Below the pieces are notes generated by a model that made no database searches, was not told the DNA's origin, and saw nothing but the letters and a program-made list of their open reading frames with translations. A stretch of 64,000 nucleotides of DNA from Lingula anatina (taxonomy: Eukaryota > Animalia > Brachiopoda): assembly GCA_051362555.1 (NCBI GenBank), contig CM120640.1:20274001-20338000 (forward strand), read 5' to 3'. Positions 24,829 through 39,200 of this stretch are shown in pieces (position 1 is the stretch's first letter; each line of letters begins with the position of its first letter). A program made the position numbers and the translations under genes.

Positions 24829-26930
24829 CTGAAACAAGACATATAAAAAGGTAAAACAATCAGCACCACTTCTGAGCTGCCATTTACTCCTGTTCTTGAA
24901 TAGCAACATTTAGAATTTGAATCAGTGAAAGATGAAATTTGAAATTATAATTTAATCTGCAGTATAAATTATCAACTTCAAATCCATAAATCACAGTTAA
25001 GTGAAAATGGTTAAGTAAAAACATTGCTGAAATAAAGCAGCTGTAGTTCAAATTTAAAAAAAACATCTATGAATAAAATGTTCCAAAAAATTAGATAATG
25101 AAAAATAAACTTAGTCTTATAAAAATATCTTGATTTACTCCCATGTTCTTAAAATAAATACACCTAGATTTTAAACATAAAGTTCAAAAGTATAATTCTG
25201 GCTATTATGGCATTATTGTTAAATAAATGTTTGAGAGCAACAAATAAGGGCTCATGACCATTCAAACCACAGTCCATGTAAATCAATCCATGGGGACTCT
25301 TGGTCAGTGCAATTAGTTTAACAAATAAACATGACCAGTCTTGTTTCCAGTGTACTCATATAATCACCAGCTTTTCTGTGTTCTACGCAGTGCCAGGAGG
25401 AGGCACGTTAATCTGTTAAACTGTTTGCATTCAGCGAGAGTCCCTTGGGAGTTGTATCAATCTACATAGAACAACAGTTTCACTGGGAATGAGCCCTAAG
25501 GAATTAGATATATACATAATTGGCACTCAATCCCAATATCTACTTTGTGAACTTTTTGTTTTTTGAAACATTCCTAAAGGGAACACTTGAGGATTGACCA
25601 TAATACAAATCTCTGAAATAAATTATTAAGCAATAAGTGCTGAACATTTCCAAGAAGACAGATAAGTGCATTATCTGGAAGAATAAAAAAGGTTAATGCC
25701 TTCAGGCTAGACAATGTCCCTGTGCTTATAAGGCTCTCGAGTTTCATTCAGCACATATGAGCACATGTACAGCAAACAGATACCTTGTTTCAGCTACATT
25801 CGCTGAAACATTTAAAAGTCAAAGTGACTCCCTAAAATGTACATAAGGGTACTAGTATAGCAGACAATTTTCTCTGATTTATAGATATCAATCATAGCAC
25901 AATTTTTGCTGGCCATGATGCAGAGAGCTCTATCCAGAAGTCAAAAAAAAATTTTTTTTTTTTGATAAAATTGATTACAGTCTGTGACAAATGTGGTAGT
26001 GAATGGTGGAAAATTTGGCACTGATCACCTTCAAAGCTCTGGTGCTGTTTTTGCTCAAATTCTAAGAAATCAAATTCTAGGAATTTGACAACAAGAAGGT
26101 TCTAAACATAGAATGCAAGCTATAAGCTCTTAAGAAGTATTATCCTTATGGTATGTTAAATACAAAATCTATAATTTCTACTTGTAAAATAGTTGCGCCA
26201 ACTTGTCTGTCATTAAAGATATAGCAAGTGCAATGGTTAAGTCACCATTTAAGTACTATACTTAAATCTGTTAGCCCCCCTAAAAATCAATGCATGCTAA
26301 CTGCCTTAATAGGATTTCTTACACAAATATTTGATAAGGGATTATTTAAAGGCTACATTTCATTGTAAGATTGATGAGTGAATCAAAGGTACCAAAAATA
26401 AAGTGTACAAATTGCATTATAGGATTGTTCTTATAATTCAAACAAGAACTGAGCTGAACTTACTTCTGTATTCCATTAATATATGGGTTTTTTATTGGCT
26501 AAGTACCAAGTACAGCATTTCGAATATGATTAACTAATGTATAAATCTCAATGACAAGAAATTTTCTTTTGGTATAATTTTGATTGCACACAGGAAGAAA
26601 AGTACTTTTACTATCCTGGCCAAAATGAGAGTCGAGATATACCCGAAATAAGATTTTGCAGAATTTGAAGGATGGGAAAAGAAATAATTACAGACTAGCG
26701 AGCAATGTGCGGTAACAAATAAAACCTGATAGAATTTATCCACAGATATTTTTTTTCTTAAATTTACTCTTTCACATCAATGTGCTATTTGCTTGAAAAT
26801 TTGCTATAGATTTTCCATGGTAACTCCATGTCCAAATATGCATGGATATTCAGTTAGACACATCATACTACATAATTTCGTCTGTCCAACTCTGTGGGGG
26901 GTCTCGCTAAGTACAATCATTTAAACTGAA

Positions 26931-26989
26931 TGGCACACCTCCTCGAGCAGCTAGGGGGTAATTAACTCTCGAGGAGGTGTGTCAGACTA
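26931..26989. repeat. Mini inverted repeat / MITE remnant
   Basis: cacacctcctcgag ... ctcgaggaggtgtg, 14-bp perfect arms. Confidence 0.65.
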
Positions 26990-27576
26990 TTAAGCTTATT
27001 CCACTGCTTGCATTTAACAAGAATCTCCAGCATAGAAGGACTGGCCAAATTAGCACAATATGTGTGTATCTGAATGGGGTCTATGAATAGCATCCTCATC
27101 AGACATGGGGCAACCTAAAATTCATGCATCCTAGCTACCGGTAATTAAAGTATGAGGGCCTCGTACCAACTTTACAGACCAGTATATAATGAGTCTTAGA
27201 TGTACATGGGCCTATAATGATGCATCTACTGGATACCAGTGAGGATTTGATAATGGATAATTTGTGAGAGTATACTGCATGTATTCCTAACTTAATATCA
27301 TTACCAAGAAGTATATATGTATAATCCTCTCTTTTTGCCCCCAACTCTAACTAGAGGAAACCAAATATTAGGAATTAGGACTTAATGAGAGGGGACTGAG
27401 GAGTCTTGTCAGCCCCTAAACCAGTTAATAATTAAATAAATGAATGAAATAAAATAAATAAATAAAAGTACATTTGATATTTTAGAGTAATATTGTTAAA
27501 GCAGTTTGAAGTAAATGCAAAATGAGTATGTGGCAACCAAAAAATTCACATGGTATCTCTTTTGTCAAACAAGTAT

Positions 27577-27744
27577 CAGGCCCGTAGCCAGGGGGGGTTC
27601 GGGGGGTTCGAAAGAACCCCCCTTTTGCTGGAAAAAGGTCCACTCTGGGTAAAATTTGATCTAGGTACATGGGGATTATATGGTAAAAGGTCCACTTTTT
27701 CAGAAAAAGAACCCCCCCCTTTGAAATTGCTGGCTACGGGCCTG
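27577..27744. mobile_element. MITE family B (TIR caggcccgtagccag)
   Basis: 15-bp TIR, 5-bp TSD agtat. Confidence 0.9.
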
Positions 27745-29522
27745 AGTATGAAGTGACCTAGCTTTACACTGAAAGTCCAACCTTACATATCAGTGTACCT
27801 TTGCCAAAAATTTGTGGTCAGGATAGATGCACGATATGAACCCCCTGGTTTGCCTTTACATCATCAAATCTAATACATTGTACATGTAAAAGCATAGTCC
27901 AGTACCTGTAAATCAATAAAAAATATTCAATGAAAATCCACTTTAAGTGTATAAAAGAATGAATGATTGAGACAATTTTCCCCTTACTCTTTTGACAACC
28001 TCTCCCTTATTCAAAATATAAAACCCTTTGCCTTTTCTCGTGTCTTAAATTATCTTATTAGCTTTGGTTCACTGCTCCAACTCCGTGCTCTAATTATGGA
28101 GACGGTGCATTAACCATGCACACGGCAGTAATGAGATACATGTAAATGTTCTAACTTAATTCTCTATTCCCAGTTTCACTTTCCAAAAACTCATTTTGTC
28201 TGCACTCAAGAGGTACATTTACAGTATAAAATATTCAAAAGCAAATAAGACCATGCAAAGATATAATAAACTGAATATAATACCTTGTTCAACCTCGACT
28301 AACTGACAACATAAACACGAGGGTTACCAGCTCAGCAGTGGACATGTACCCAGTTGCTACATGTACATTCTTTTCAGTCAAATGAACAGCTAGGAACTTT
28401 CTGATTGATACTGTGTCCATCCAATGTAAAACACACCTTTATAAACTTGGTGACAGCTTCATACAGTCTGTCCTAGCATGCCACTTATTTTCTCACAGCA
28501 GAACGTATCTCATAGGCCCCCAAGGGGGAAGGTCTATAAAGTGTTTCCTCTGCCTTATTCCCCAAGCAGGCAGTTAATGTGTCATTTTGGTATTAACAAA
28601 GGTTCGATACTTCACCAACATTCACCGCCTATCTAAATTTAATTATTACGCTAGTCTAATCTACTTTGAATACCTTTTTTTTCATGCGTTCTTTTGCGAA
28701 TGACTTGTCTCCTGACGTTAGTTTCTTGGAATGAGCAAAATACAAAGTCAGCAGCCTCTTATGAGTCCTACAATTCAGTCTTTCCATTCATATTGCATAT
28801 ACACTACTACCCAGTAACTCATTTCTGTTTCAGATAGCAACTTAATATATGTATACTATATTCATGCACTTATCTCCTCAAGTTTTAATCTGGAGATTAA
28901 AGTAGAGAAGTAGTATAACACAGAGTGCATGAAAACCATGCAACTTTTCCATTCCTTTCCCCTACATCAGTGTTCGTTTATACAGTAAAATCATCTTCAT
29001 ATACTACGTCATATCCTTATATCCACCCCCCCCCCCCCAACAAAACAACTGGATCCTCTACTGCAAAAAAAGGTAAACCTTCACTCAACAAGTCATCTTA
29101 CTGCAGTGTAAGATTCTACTCAGCAAGGACTTGAGTAAGTGTAAGAAAAATCAATGATCAGATAACATTGATATTACCCCATACAAGTAGAAAAATTCAT
29201 TTCCAATTACAAAAGCCATGTCTACATGGCATCCTGTGATACGCATTTTATACGAATCTTATACTTAATCGGTTCACTTTCTTCCCAACAGTACAATTAC
29301 CAAGGGGGAGCCACTAGTAAATGGCAAATGTCAACTCAGCAAGTGACTACTTTTGCTGGCAAGAATGCTGGTGACCCCCCCATAAGGACAACCTTTATTT
29401 TGATACAGAATATGGTTTGGTCCTTGACCGCCTGAACAACGCCTTGCTTGAATTCAGCTCTGGATGGTTGTAATCTGTTGTATGTGCAACATGCACATTG
29501 GAAGTAATCTAAATTTATCTGT

Positions 29523-29790
29523 CAGGCCTACCCAACTACCAGACTCGGCACATAAGGATCCTGAATTAACCGGTATATCGGACCACACTACCCGTTTTCA
29601 AGGTGTGTGTCAGATCGCATTTCAGAGTATCATACCCCAGAACAAATTTTGTAGGACGACCGCTGGCTCACCTTGTCAGTGTTCTGACTGATACTCCGAA
29701 ATGCGATCTGACACACACCTTGAAAATGGGTAGTGTGGTCCAGTTAATTCAGGATCCTCTTGTGCCGAGTCTGGTAGTTGGGTAGGCCTG
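29523..29790. mobile_element. MITE family A, long-arm copy
   Basis: ~100-bp inverted arms starting caggcctacccaactaccagactcggcac; 5-bp TSD tctgt. Confidence 0.9.
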
Positions 29791-29952
29791 TCTGTTACAG
29801 AAGAAAGTGCAGTACACATATACATGAACTTGTAGACTACAAGACAGATTCATGTGAGTGGAGCCCTACATATGAAGTTAATTACTGTACGAAAAAAATT
29901 AACCTGCAAATGAAGAATTTGCGTAGTTGCCTCTAAAATCACTGAAACTTAC

Positions 29953-30006
29953 CTTATGTATTGACCATCAGTGATGGTTGCAGTGATTCCAAAGAAGGAT
30001 ATCAGA
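29953..30006 (-). other. Candidate non-coding 5' UTR exon of the CUB gene
   Basis: The 24828 ATG exon begins at an acceptor, so an upstream exon is expected; this 54-nt segment has a ttctag acceptor and a consensus AAG|gtaagt donor with an in-frame stop. Confidence 0.3.
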
Positions 30007-30273
30007 CTAGAAATTATTAATAAAACATTTCCAGGGGGTGCCACTTGAAGGAGACACCACTGAATGGTTTTTATAAACTAATGCTCCTACTTGGGAACAT
30101 CCTAAAAAACAATTGCAGCGTTTGCTGCAGGTTCTCCTTTCTATAGATACAGAATATTCCACAGAAGCTGGTCCCGGTTCCACAAAAAAATTAAGTTAGT
30201 TCCAGTGACTAACATCTTTGTTACCAATGTTACATGGTCACATGCACACATCTTACCCTATCAGGTCAGGAAC

Positions 30274-30442
30274 CAGACCTGTAGCCAGCAATTTCAGAGG
30301 GGGGAGGGCATTTTCTGAAAAAGTGGACCTTTTACCATAAAATCCTCATGTACATAGATCAAATTTTACCCAGAGTGGACCTTTTCCCAGCAAAAAGGAA
30401 TGTTCTTTCAAATCCTCTGAACCCCCTCTGGCTACGGGCCTG
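30274..30442. mobile_element. MITE family B, reverse orientation
   Basis: Reverse complement of 27577-27744; 5-bp TSD ggaac. Confidence 0.88.
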
Positions 30443-32796
30443 GGAACAGTGTTACAGCACCTTCATGGACATCCTAGTCAACATAGCCGGGGAACTGACT
30501 TGATTTTTTTCTTTTGACACTGGGGCCTGGTGTGAAAGTGGTGGTACTTATATATTGTATTGGGTATTACAAGGCATTGCTATTTGAGATATTACTATTT
30601 AAAATAAGCTTAAGTCAATCAAGTAATAATGCGCAGGGCAAATTACAAAATATCATGATGCACAGCAGAAGTAATTTCTTCATAGAAGTTAAAATTTGAA
30701 AGAACATGTACAAAATGTGTAAATATGCATCACTTTGTTGTACTGGCAAAAGCCAGACTCTTATACTTCTTCAACCAAATTTCTGCTGCCTCCTCAAAGT
30801 CCGTCTGCTGCTTAATGCCAAACAATTGGGACTGATTATAAAACAGAACCAGGTTGAAATATGTCATCAGGGACCATTAAAACTCGTCTTCCTGTAAAAA
30901 TCATTAAATCAGCAGACTGGCATATATAGAGTTCCCTTTATTGTCTGTCATCTTAACTGAAGAATGTTTTAAAAACTGGAAAAATCCTTTTAAAATATCC
31001 AATAAAAATACCCCCTGGCGCATATTTGCCACTCAAGACAAAAGGTTCGCCCACAGAGAGTTTAAGTAATCTCTTTTCCTCACACACCTTTCCAGTCAAG
31101 GGAAATCTTTCAATTACCAATGAGCTTGAGTTTAATCATCACAAATCCTTATCCTGATTTGACAAGAGCGCAAAGGATTCAAATAATCTGAACATTCAAT
31201 CGACTGGAAGGTCAATTCAATGGCCAATCAAGCTAAACATGACATTTTCGAAATGTCAGATATACCACGTAAATCAGTAAAATCATGGTCCTTGATTTCT
31301 ATCATGTCTATTGAAATTGCATCTACAAAAGCACCATGCCATGTTTAATAACTGTTCAATCGTAAAAATGTACTAGCTTTTCTTTCCAGCTCACTCGGTA
31401 ATCAAAGTATGATTATTCATGAGAAAAAAAAGGATTTGTTTTCCATCTCCTATTCCCACCTACCTAGATAAGGTACGTGTACATACTATGTACATTTATC
31501 ATAGGTTAGGCCAATGGAACATGGAAAAGTTTTAATAAATAAAACACATGAAATGACAATGCATCAAAGATTACCAGCATCAGCTAAAATGATTAGGAAG
31601 AAAAAGCTTTACATGTTTTTTTCTAAGTTTGAATGTACTTAAGTTTTTCTGATGTAAATTAAGACCTGTTTGTGCTAGTACAAGTATCATAAAAATACAT
31701 TTTAACAACAGTAGTATTATGACAATAATGGGAATCCAGAGTCAAATATGTAGAAAAGGTACGAATGCCTGAAGCTGGCAATCCTAGATAAGTCCAACTG
31801 TTCCAAGCCATACAATGTGTAAGATCAGTTGGCTGGTTGAATATCTTCTTTACTACTGGTACATGGCCATGTGCCAATTAGGTCTGAGTTTTTTTCCTTA
31901 GCAGAAACCAGCCAAGTGGTGTGTTCTCTAGGCTATAAAGACAAGCTTCATGGGCACAATGACGCAATTATGTTGTCATAAATAGCTACAGTGAAGATCC
32001 ACTGCCATGAAGGATTAAATCTTTTCTATTTTTAGCTTCAGTTGTGGGTGTAATTGTGGAAATCAATATGAATATGATTAGGATATTTTTGGCGAAAGAT
32101 TTTATGCTATGGTGATAACCTACCTGGGTATGCATGATTGCAAACATTAGATTGAGTTTCCATATCCATACCTTATGTTTGTTATTTTAATTCTTCAAAA
32201 ACTCTAAAAAACTCTAAAAACTTTAAAAAGCTTGCTGTGTATAAGTGGCCTTTTTTTATAACTACCTCAGGCAAATCCCTGAAGCATGTCTCAGATAACA
32301 TCATTACACTGAAAGGTGACATAAAAAAAGCAATGTCACTTCTGATCATTCCTGTCAGTGCTATGGTTAATTTTGATGAAATGATTTCATGAAAAAATAA
32401 ACATACAGGTTTTGTATGGACCAGGTTCTGTATGGAACTCCATTAAAATATTGATTATTTGTGATTCTTAACTGCAATTGCCTATTGCGGAGACTTTATT
32501 CAAAGCTTTTAGCTGTAATGCATGCATATGTATTTACAACAATAGGATAATAGTGTGGGCAAAACAGAAACCATGACTAAAAACTTATTGGTGATCAATT
32601 AACGCGGTAATCCATTTCTCATTTACCTTTCATTGCCTCCAACAAAGGTAACTAAGACTGCTTGTTTTTCACTCGGATTCTGTCTGCCACAAGGCAACAG
32701 CCAACTGATGCGTTAAAGCAGTGCTTAAGTAAATATGTATATATAATTCCTTTAGGGTGTTATCAAAAGATGAAAACTAATTTTTATATATTTTTG

Positions 32797-32963
32797 CAGG
32801 CCGTAGCCAGGGGGGTTTGGGGGGTTCGAAAGAACTGCCCCTTTTGGTGGGAAAAGGTCTACTCTAGTTAAAATTTGATCTAGGTTCATGAAGTTTTTTA
32901 TGGAAAAAGGTCCACTTTTTCAGAAAAAGAACCCCCTTTTTTAAATTGCTGGCTACGGGCCTG
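32797..32963. mobile_element. MITE family B
   Basis: Collinear with 27577-27744; 5-bp TSD ttttg. Confidence 0.88.
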
Positions 32964-34459
32964 TTTTGGGAGTTCTAGAGGACAATTCCCCCCTGGACAT
33001 TCCCTCCCCCTGAACAACCCCCCTTCTGTAATGAATATCATAGTGAGAATGAACAAAGTGATATTGAGAAAAATTCATAAAATGGTAGTATTTGACATAG
33101 CATCGAATAATATAAGGATACCTCTCAAGTCTGTTTAATTCCATTGAATCTTATAATAAATAGCAAATCCTTTTGTTTTAATTTCATTTTCTGTCTTCTT
33201 TCTGATATTCAATAAAATATTCAAGTAATATATAAATTCATCATACAAATTCATTAAAAAATTTTGTGTACCATTTGTGGTGCTTTTGCTATATATAATA
33301 GACATATAAGGTGACCTGCTTTTCAGTTTTGTTGGTATTACCAATCAATAGGAATATCCTAATTTCAAGAATCTATGACTTAAAAAATTACAGCATCTGT
33401 AAAATTCACAATTTCCCCCCATTGAAAAGCTTGAGTAATTATTGTATTGAGAAAACTTTAACATGTATTTGAGACCAATTAAAAATTCAGGCTTTGTGTG
33501 CCTTGATCATCTAACATTAGAATGCAAATATACTCAGATGTCATGCCACCTACAACGTATTGGGCCACCAACTCCTACTTTGAAAAGTTGGAATAAATCA
33601 AGTACAGGTCATTATCTGATAAAAGTTCATTCATCAGTACTGTGGCAATAACCACAAATTTCAAACACCTTATGGTACGTAACATCCCAGCCTCAGCCAT
33701 AGTATTTCATTCATGAATAACTTGCGAAACTTTATAAGAACTTACGCAAGCTGCAGTGCCTGCTTGGAGATGGAAGCTGACAAATTTGGATGGGTCATCT
33801 AAATCAAAAATTAAAACCTCAAAAACATCTCACTGGATTTTTATTTTCTCAATGGTATTGGATAGGGATACCTTGGTCAACATAGAAATATTGATGAAGT
33901 TTTCAGGAAAATTAATTTTTTTGCTGTATAAATGTCTAACCCAGTTTGTATGCCTTAAACTATGCTTGTGAACTAAAAAAAGTCCTTCTAGCTAAAATAT
34001 AAGTATTTAGAATATTCATTTGAACAACCCTTGCTTTTGATGAAACTATAACCATGCAGTTAATTTTGTTCAAGTTCAGCTAGAAATTACATTACATGCA
34101 AGATCAACATCAAAATCATTAATCAAAGCAGCAGACTTATCAGCTGCACATATGGACTACTTCCTGAGATCATCTATTACCAATGGACTTGTAATATCAG
34201 AATCATGCCTGTAGGTGCTTGATGAAACTTTCGGTAACAAAAAATTCAGCTTATGTTCAGTTGTTTTTTAAACATATTTTATATACTTTGGGCAGACATA
34301 GTTTAAAAGGTAAAGTTGCCATTAGTCTGCCAGGGGAGCCTTAGCTAATTTGACACATTTCTTTATAAGTGTTAATGTGGTCTGGTATGTGTCATGGCTA
34401 TATATTTACATTTGGTTCAAGAGAGTCTAACCAAATTGTTTATTTTTAAAACTGTAAAT

Positions 34460-34785
34460 TAAACGGATAACAACTGTTCATTTTGGCCAAAAAGTAAATT
34501 TTCCTGGGGTAAATGGCAATTTTCCCATACTTACCAATGGTTAATGAATATGTTTCTACATTCAAAGTTAGTCCCTGTTTTTTTTTCTAAAAGGCTTGTT
34601 TTTTTTTGTAATAATCTCTTAGAGATTATTGCAGAGTATTGCCATTTATGGAGGTCACGTGGTCGGATGGCAAGCATGGATTTCAGATTAATTGCTATAA
34701 CTGCCGTTTTTGTGGTAAAATAAAATATATTATATTTCTGTGTGTTGTTTACAATGTATTTATTGTGAAATATACATCTCTGATG
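34460..34785. mobile_element. Inverted copy of the 14464-14792 element
   Basis: Reverse-complement similarity over ~320 bp (e.g. tttcccatacttaccaatggttaat; tttacaatgtatttattgtgaaata). Confidence 0.7.
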
Positions 34786-35118
34786 AAAAGTTTATCAAAA
34801 GGGACCTAGAATTCAAATATGCTTTCTGCAACCATTCAGAGAGGTGAATTCTAGTACAGTATATACATGTAGCTAGCCTCTTACACAGTTTACATTATTA
34901 TCAGTGATCCTTAGTGCCAGCTAACAAGACTAAGCAAAAATAAAAGAATGAAAAGATGTTGATTAAGTGGCCACAAGGGAGCCATGGAGTTCATTTAAAA
35001 GAACTAGCTATCCAATCTGCTGAAAGCATGTCTTCAAATGAAGCTCCATGTGCCATTCACACAATTAAAATAAGTGTCCACTACCCCGGTAGTTTTTACA
35101 TTCTAGCCCGCAGAGACC

Positions 35119-35266
35119 ATGTCCCCGTAACTCGAAAGCATCGCGTATTGTGAATAGCGATATCACATAGAGGCTACAATTATATGGGATGAGTATGGAC
35201 GAGTTATGGACTCGAGACGCTTGCATTCGAGCACAATACACGATGCTTTTGAGTTGCGGGGACCAT
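35119..35266. mobile_element. MITE with ~33-bp imperfect inverted arms
   Basis: gtccccgtaactcgaaagcatcgcgtattgtg / cacaatacacgatgcttttgagttgcggggac. Confidence 0.7.
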
Positions 35267-35371
35267 CACTGAACAAGGACAGGGTGCACAACCTGTCTCA
35301 CATCTGGGGTATTGTTATAGTGAGCTGTTCTCACTATAGACTGGTCAGTTTGCACTGCCTCCTCATATCAG

Positions 35372-36295
35372 TGGCTGCATTCACAACCATAGTTGATACG
35401 TGGATAAACAGATCTACATTTCAAATATGGCCAACCCACTTGAGAGTTTTCCGTGTAATCCCTGCGGGGAATCTATTCAGTGTCTGATGTGGCCGCATTC
35501 ACATCAAGTTGAGCCATATGGCTCTACAAAGCCATGACCTAAATATGGAGGACATACATGAAAGGAAAACCACCTAATCTTTTAATTAATAGTGTCCCCA
35601 CCTCTCACACGCCTCCCCATGCGTCGTCCCTGTTGGGGCACTGTCATTAAATACTGGCTCCATTGGGACGACACATGGAAAGGCACGTGAGAGGCGGAGA
35701 GACTATTAAAAGATTAGGCAGTTTTCCTTTCATGAACGTCCGCCATATTTAGGTCGTGGCTTTGTAGAGCCATGGCTCAACTCGATGTGAATGCAGCCTA
35801 TAACTGCATTCAGAACAGTGGACTAACTAGTCTGTGGGTCAAATAAGGCGACCCACTCAGATTGCCATCTAATCCGCTAATAGACATTGAATAGATTTCC
35901 TGTGGAGAAGTATTCAAGTGTGTTGGCCAAATTTGATTCTCGGACTATAGTCCACTGTTCTGAATGGCCCCATTCAGAATAGGGGAATAACTAGTCTGAG
36001 GGTTAAATATGGCACCATTATCCGCTTATAGACACTAAATAGATATCCCATGGGGAAGTATTCAAGTGGGTCGGCCATATTTGACCCTCAGACTAGTTAG
36101 TCCCTTATCTGAATGGGGCCATATTGTGGCTTATTAAGGGATTAACCTTGCTTGCACTGTCTCCTCACATCAATGGATGCATTCACAACCAATTGACATT
36201 GAATAGATTCCCCATGGAAAAGTTTTCAATTGGGTCTGCCATATTTGATCCTTGGATCTGTTAGTCCGCAAATCAACTTGTTCTGAACGTACCCA
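35372..36295. mobile_element. Cluster of about five related palindromic MITEs ending in ggc(t/c)gcattca-like termini
   Basis: ~140-bp-arm palindrome at 35491-35798; related units at ~35372-35485, 35802-35970, 35965-36120 and 36173-36295 share aatatggcc.acccacttga and gacattgaatagatt motifs. Confidence 0.75.
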
Positions 36296-39200
36296 GTATG
36301 ACTGATGAAGCCCCTATTTAAGTATTGGGATGAAAGCTTTTACAGGTACGCTTTCATTAGTGGAAGACTGACAATACCACATAGATCAACTTCCATCAGA
36401 TTTAAGAAAAACTGCCAAACAATGATTTAGTCTGAATGACATCATTGCAAGTTGACACTTACTGGTGCATAGCACAACCTACATGTACCTTGTAGCTTTG
36501 TTTTATTTTCAAATTTAAACAAAAACCTTATCGGAGCATTGGTACATAAGCTGCAACCATTAATGTTCTGCTTATACCACAAAGACTGAATCAGCTTTGG
36601 ACTATCTGACTCTGAGATATGTAACTGGTACCACTACCTGGTAGTTTATCAGTACATGCACTTAAGTTTTGCTTAGGGCCTAGAAAAAAGTATTCTTTAA
36701 GTTTCCAACTGATAAATTGTCATGCCTCCCACGGGAATTTCATAAAGGGACTGTAAGTGGAATTCTGATGGTCTTAAATGTTCTCTTTTTCTTCTGAAAT
36801 ATCCTCTCCGAATGTAATCAAAGCTTATCACATCCTTTGTTACTAATGAAATTACTAAACTTGCTCCACATTTGAATCTTTAGACAAAGTGAAAGTGCAG
36901 CAGGATGAAACTTTCACTGGCTTTACTCTAAATGCATGAAAGTCTTGAATGGCAGCATATATATATTGAGCATTTTTAAGTTTGAATTATGAATTAATGG
37001 TTGCATAATAAAAAGAAGAATATTGATGATGATTTCAGTAATGTTTGTCAGTTTGGGTTTTTTTTTCAGTGCAACAAACTATTCAAACAACATATGAATT
37101 ATGGGTTGTTTTTTTTCTTATTTCTGAAAAGATATGTTTCAATCAAACTAATGTTATGATTCATACCATATGCCACTCACTGCTTTCTATTAATTGGTCA
37201 TGCTTCAAACGTGGTTAAAATGAAGGAACTACACGTAATGTCTGTAAACTGATATTTTTCACCGTTTCAGGTGTAAATTAATTTACTATCCTGTAACCGT
37301 CAACCTATTATACCCTTAGCTTGCAGATTCTTATCTACAATTAACATTGCACGTATATCTGATCTAAAAAGTTGAAAGACAAATTGGATTTTGAGAAGAA
37401 GTAATTAAATCAAGTATAATGGAATGCCAATCCAAATGAAATTAAGAAGTTCCCAACTCTTCTATCACAGAATTAATGGATATTTTTTATACAGAATATT
37501 ATATGCAAAAACCCACCTAGCTAAGCTATGTTATTGATAAATCTAGCAGTTAGATTAGTTGCTGTTATTGGCTAAACAAATTTTTGTAAAGGTCAGTGTG
37601 ACCTTGACCTTCGACCAACTTACTTCAAAAGCATAGGGATCATCTATATGTGCATGATGAATGTCCTGACCAAATATAAGGACTGTACATGAAATTGTTA
37701 TCTATTTATTGTTTGTACAAGGTTTGGTTATGGAATGCATGGCCAGGCAAGCAATGTCTAAGTGCCAATAAACCCAGCTTCTTTGAAAGGAGGCATATTT
37801 CAATGTAAACCCTTGGCAAAATGAAAAGCTTGCGGCAATGACTTTGCAAGAAAAATTTTATTGCTGCTAATTTGCAGTCATATTGCAGCAAATTTGCTTC
37901 AAATTTACAAGAGGAATTGAAGTTTGCAGCACTATTGCAGCAAATTTGCAGCAGGCCTTCTGCCTATCAGGGTAAAGCAGCTGAGAACACATTTCAAAGT
38001 GACTGTAGAAGAAGACTTTATAGTGCCAGCCTTAATTATCATGTATATTCATCTTAAAATATAATATAAAATTAAGGTGTCATCAGTGAGCCAAATTCGA
38101 TAATGTCAACTTGCATGTAAAATTGTCATCTGAGATCTTATTTCCATCCACCAGCAAAAAACTTAATCATTCAATATATTTATATACTAACTTGATTTGT
38201 TTCTATATTTAGCATGTCCAAAAGGTATATGTTGTGTACCCTGGCTACACAGCAGCATGTAACAGTTGACATATTCACATAATTGTCAAACGCAGCTAAG
38301 TACTCCTGTATGCATATGTCATACATATCTGACAATTATCCAGGTTTTATGTGAATATGTTTTATGAAATTTGATTTATGATAGCTCTTTGAAATTTGAG
38401 GACTAGATCTATTAGTTGGAATGTGGTTATTTTACATCCTTTGTATTAAATTCCATCAATAAATCTGCACTCGTTATTTGTTTTGCTACATTACAGTAGA
38501 ATAAATATGTATTTTTTTCTATTCATGGGTAACCATTATATTCCATTCATAATTGAGAGAACAGATAATGAAAAAATTAAGATTGTAGTATGATGCAAAA
38601 AATACTAGGAAAATGATGTACATCAAGTGTTAGTGACTCAACGTACAAGAAATTATGCAAGAATTTCTTCCCCCTACTCTCAAGGTACCTTTAACTTGAT
38701 GTTAAATGAGGCTTGATCAGGTCAACCCAAGTTTCAGAACCCCATACGGTTTCCAATCAACAAAGATGAACTCTTTCCAATACACTATTATTAAATTAAT
38801 CAAGATCAGTTGGCGCATGTAAGAACAGTTGCTGCACAAAAAAACATAGTCAAGACCAACAAATAAAATTGTAAAGAAAAGAAAACAGTCTAAATTTGAC
38901 AAATATATTTTGCATGGTACCACAATGATGCAGACTACCAATTTGGTCAGTTTGCATGTGTCTGCCCACAATCCAAAGACAAGAGTTATCATAGACATGC
39001 GTTACAGAGCCTTAAGAGCAGTGGCAGCTCATTTAATCCAAACTGCCATTGAAGTTTCAGTAGCTTGATTGCATTATTTTATGCTGCAACCTCCAGACAG
39101 TTGACCAATCTGACTGAATTCTGTTTTACAGCATGTTGAACTGTAAAACTATGACTGCATGGTATATGGATGAAAAGTCATTTGAAAGGAGTCAAGGGTT

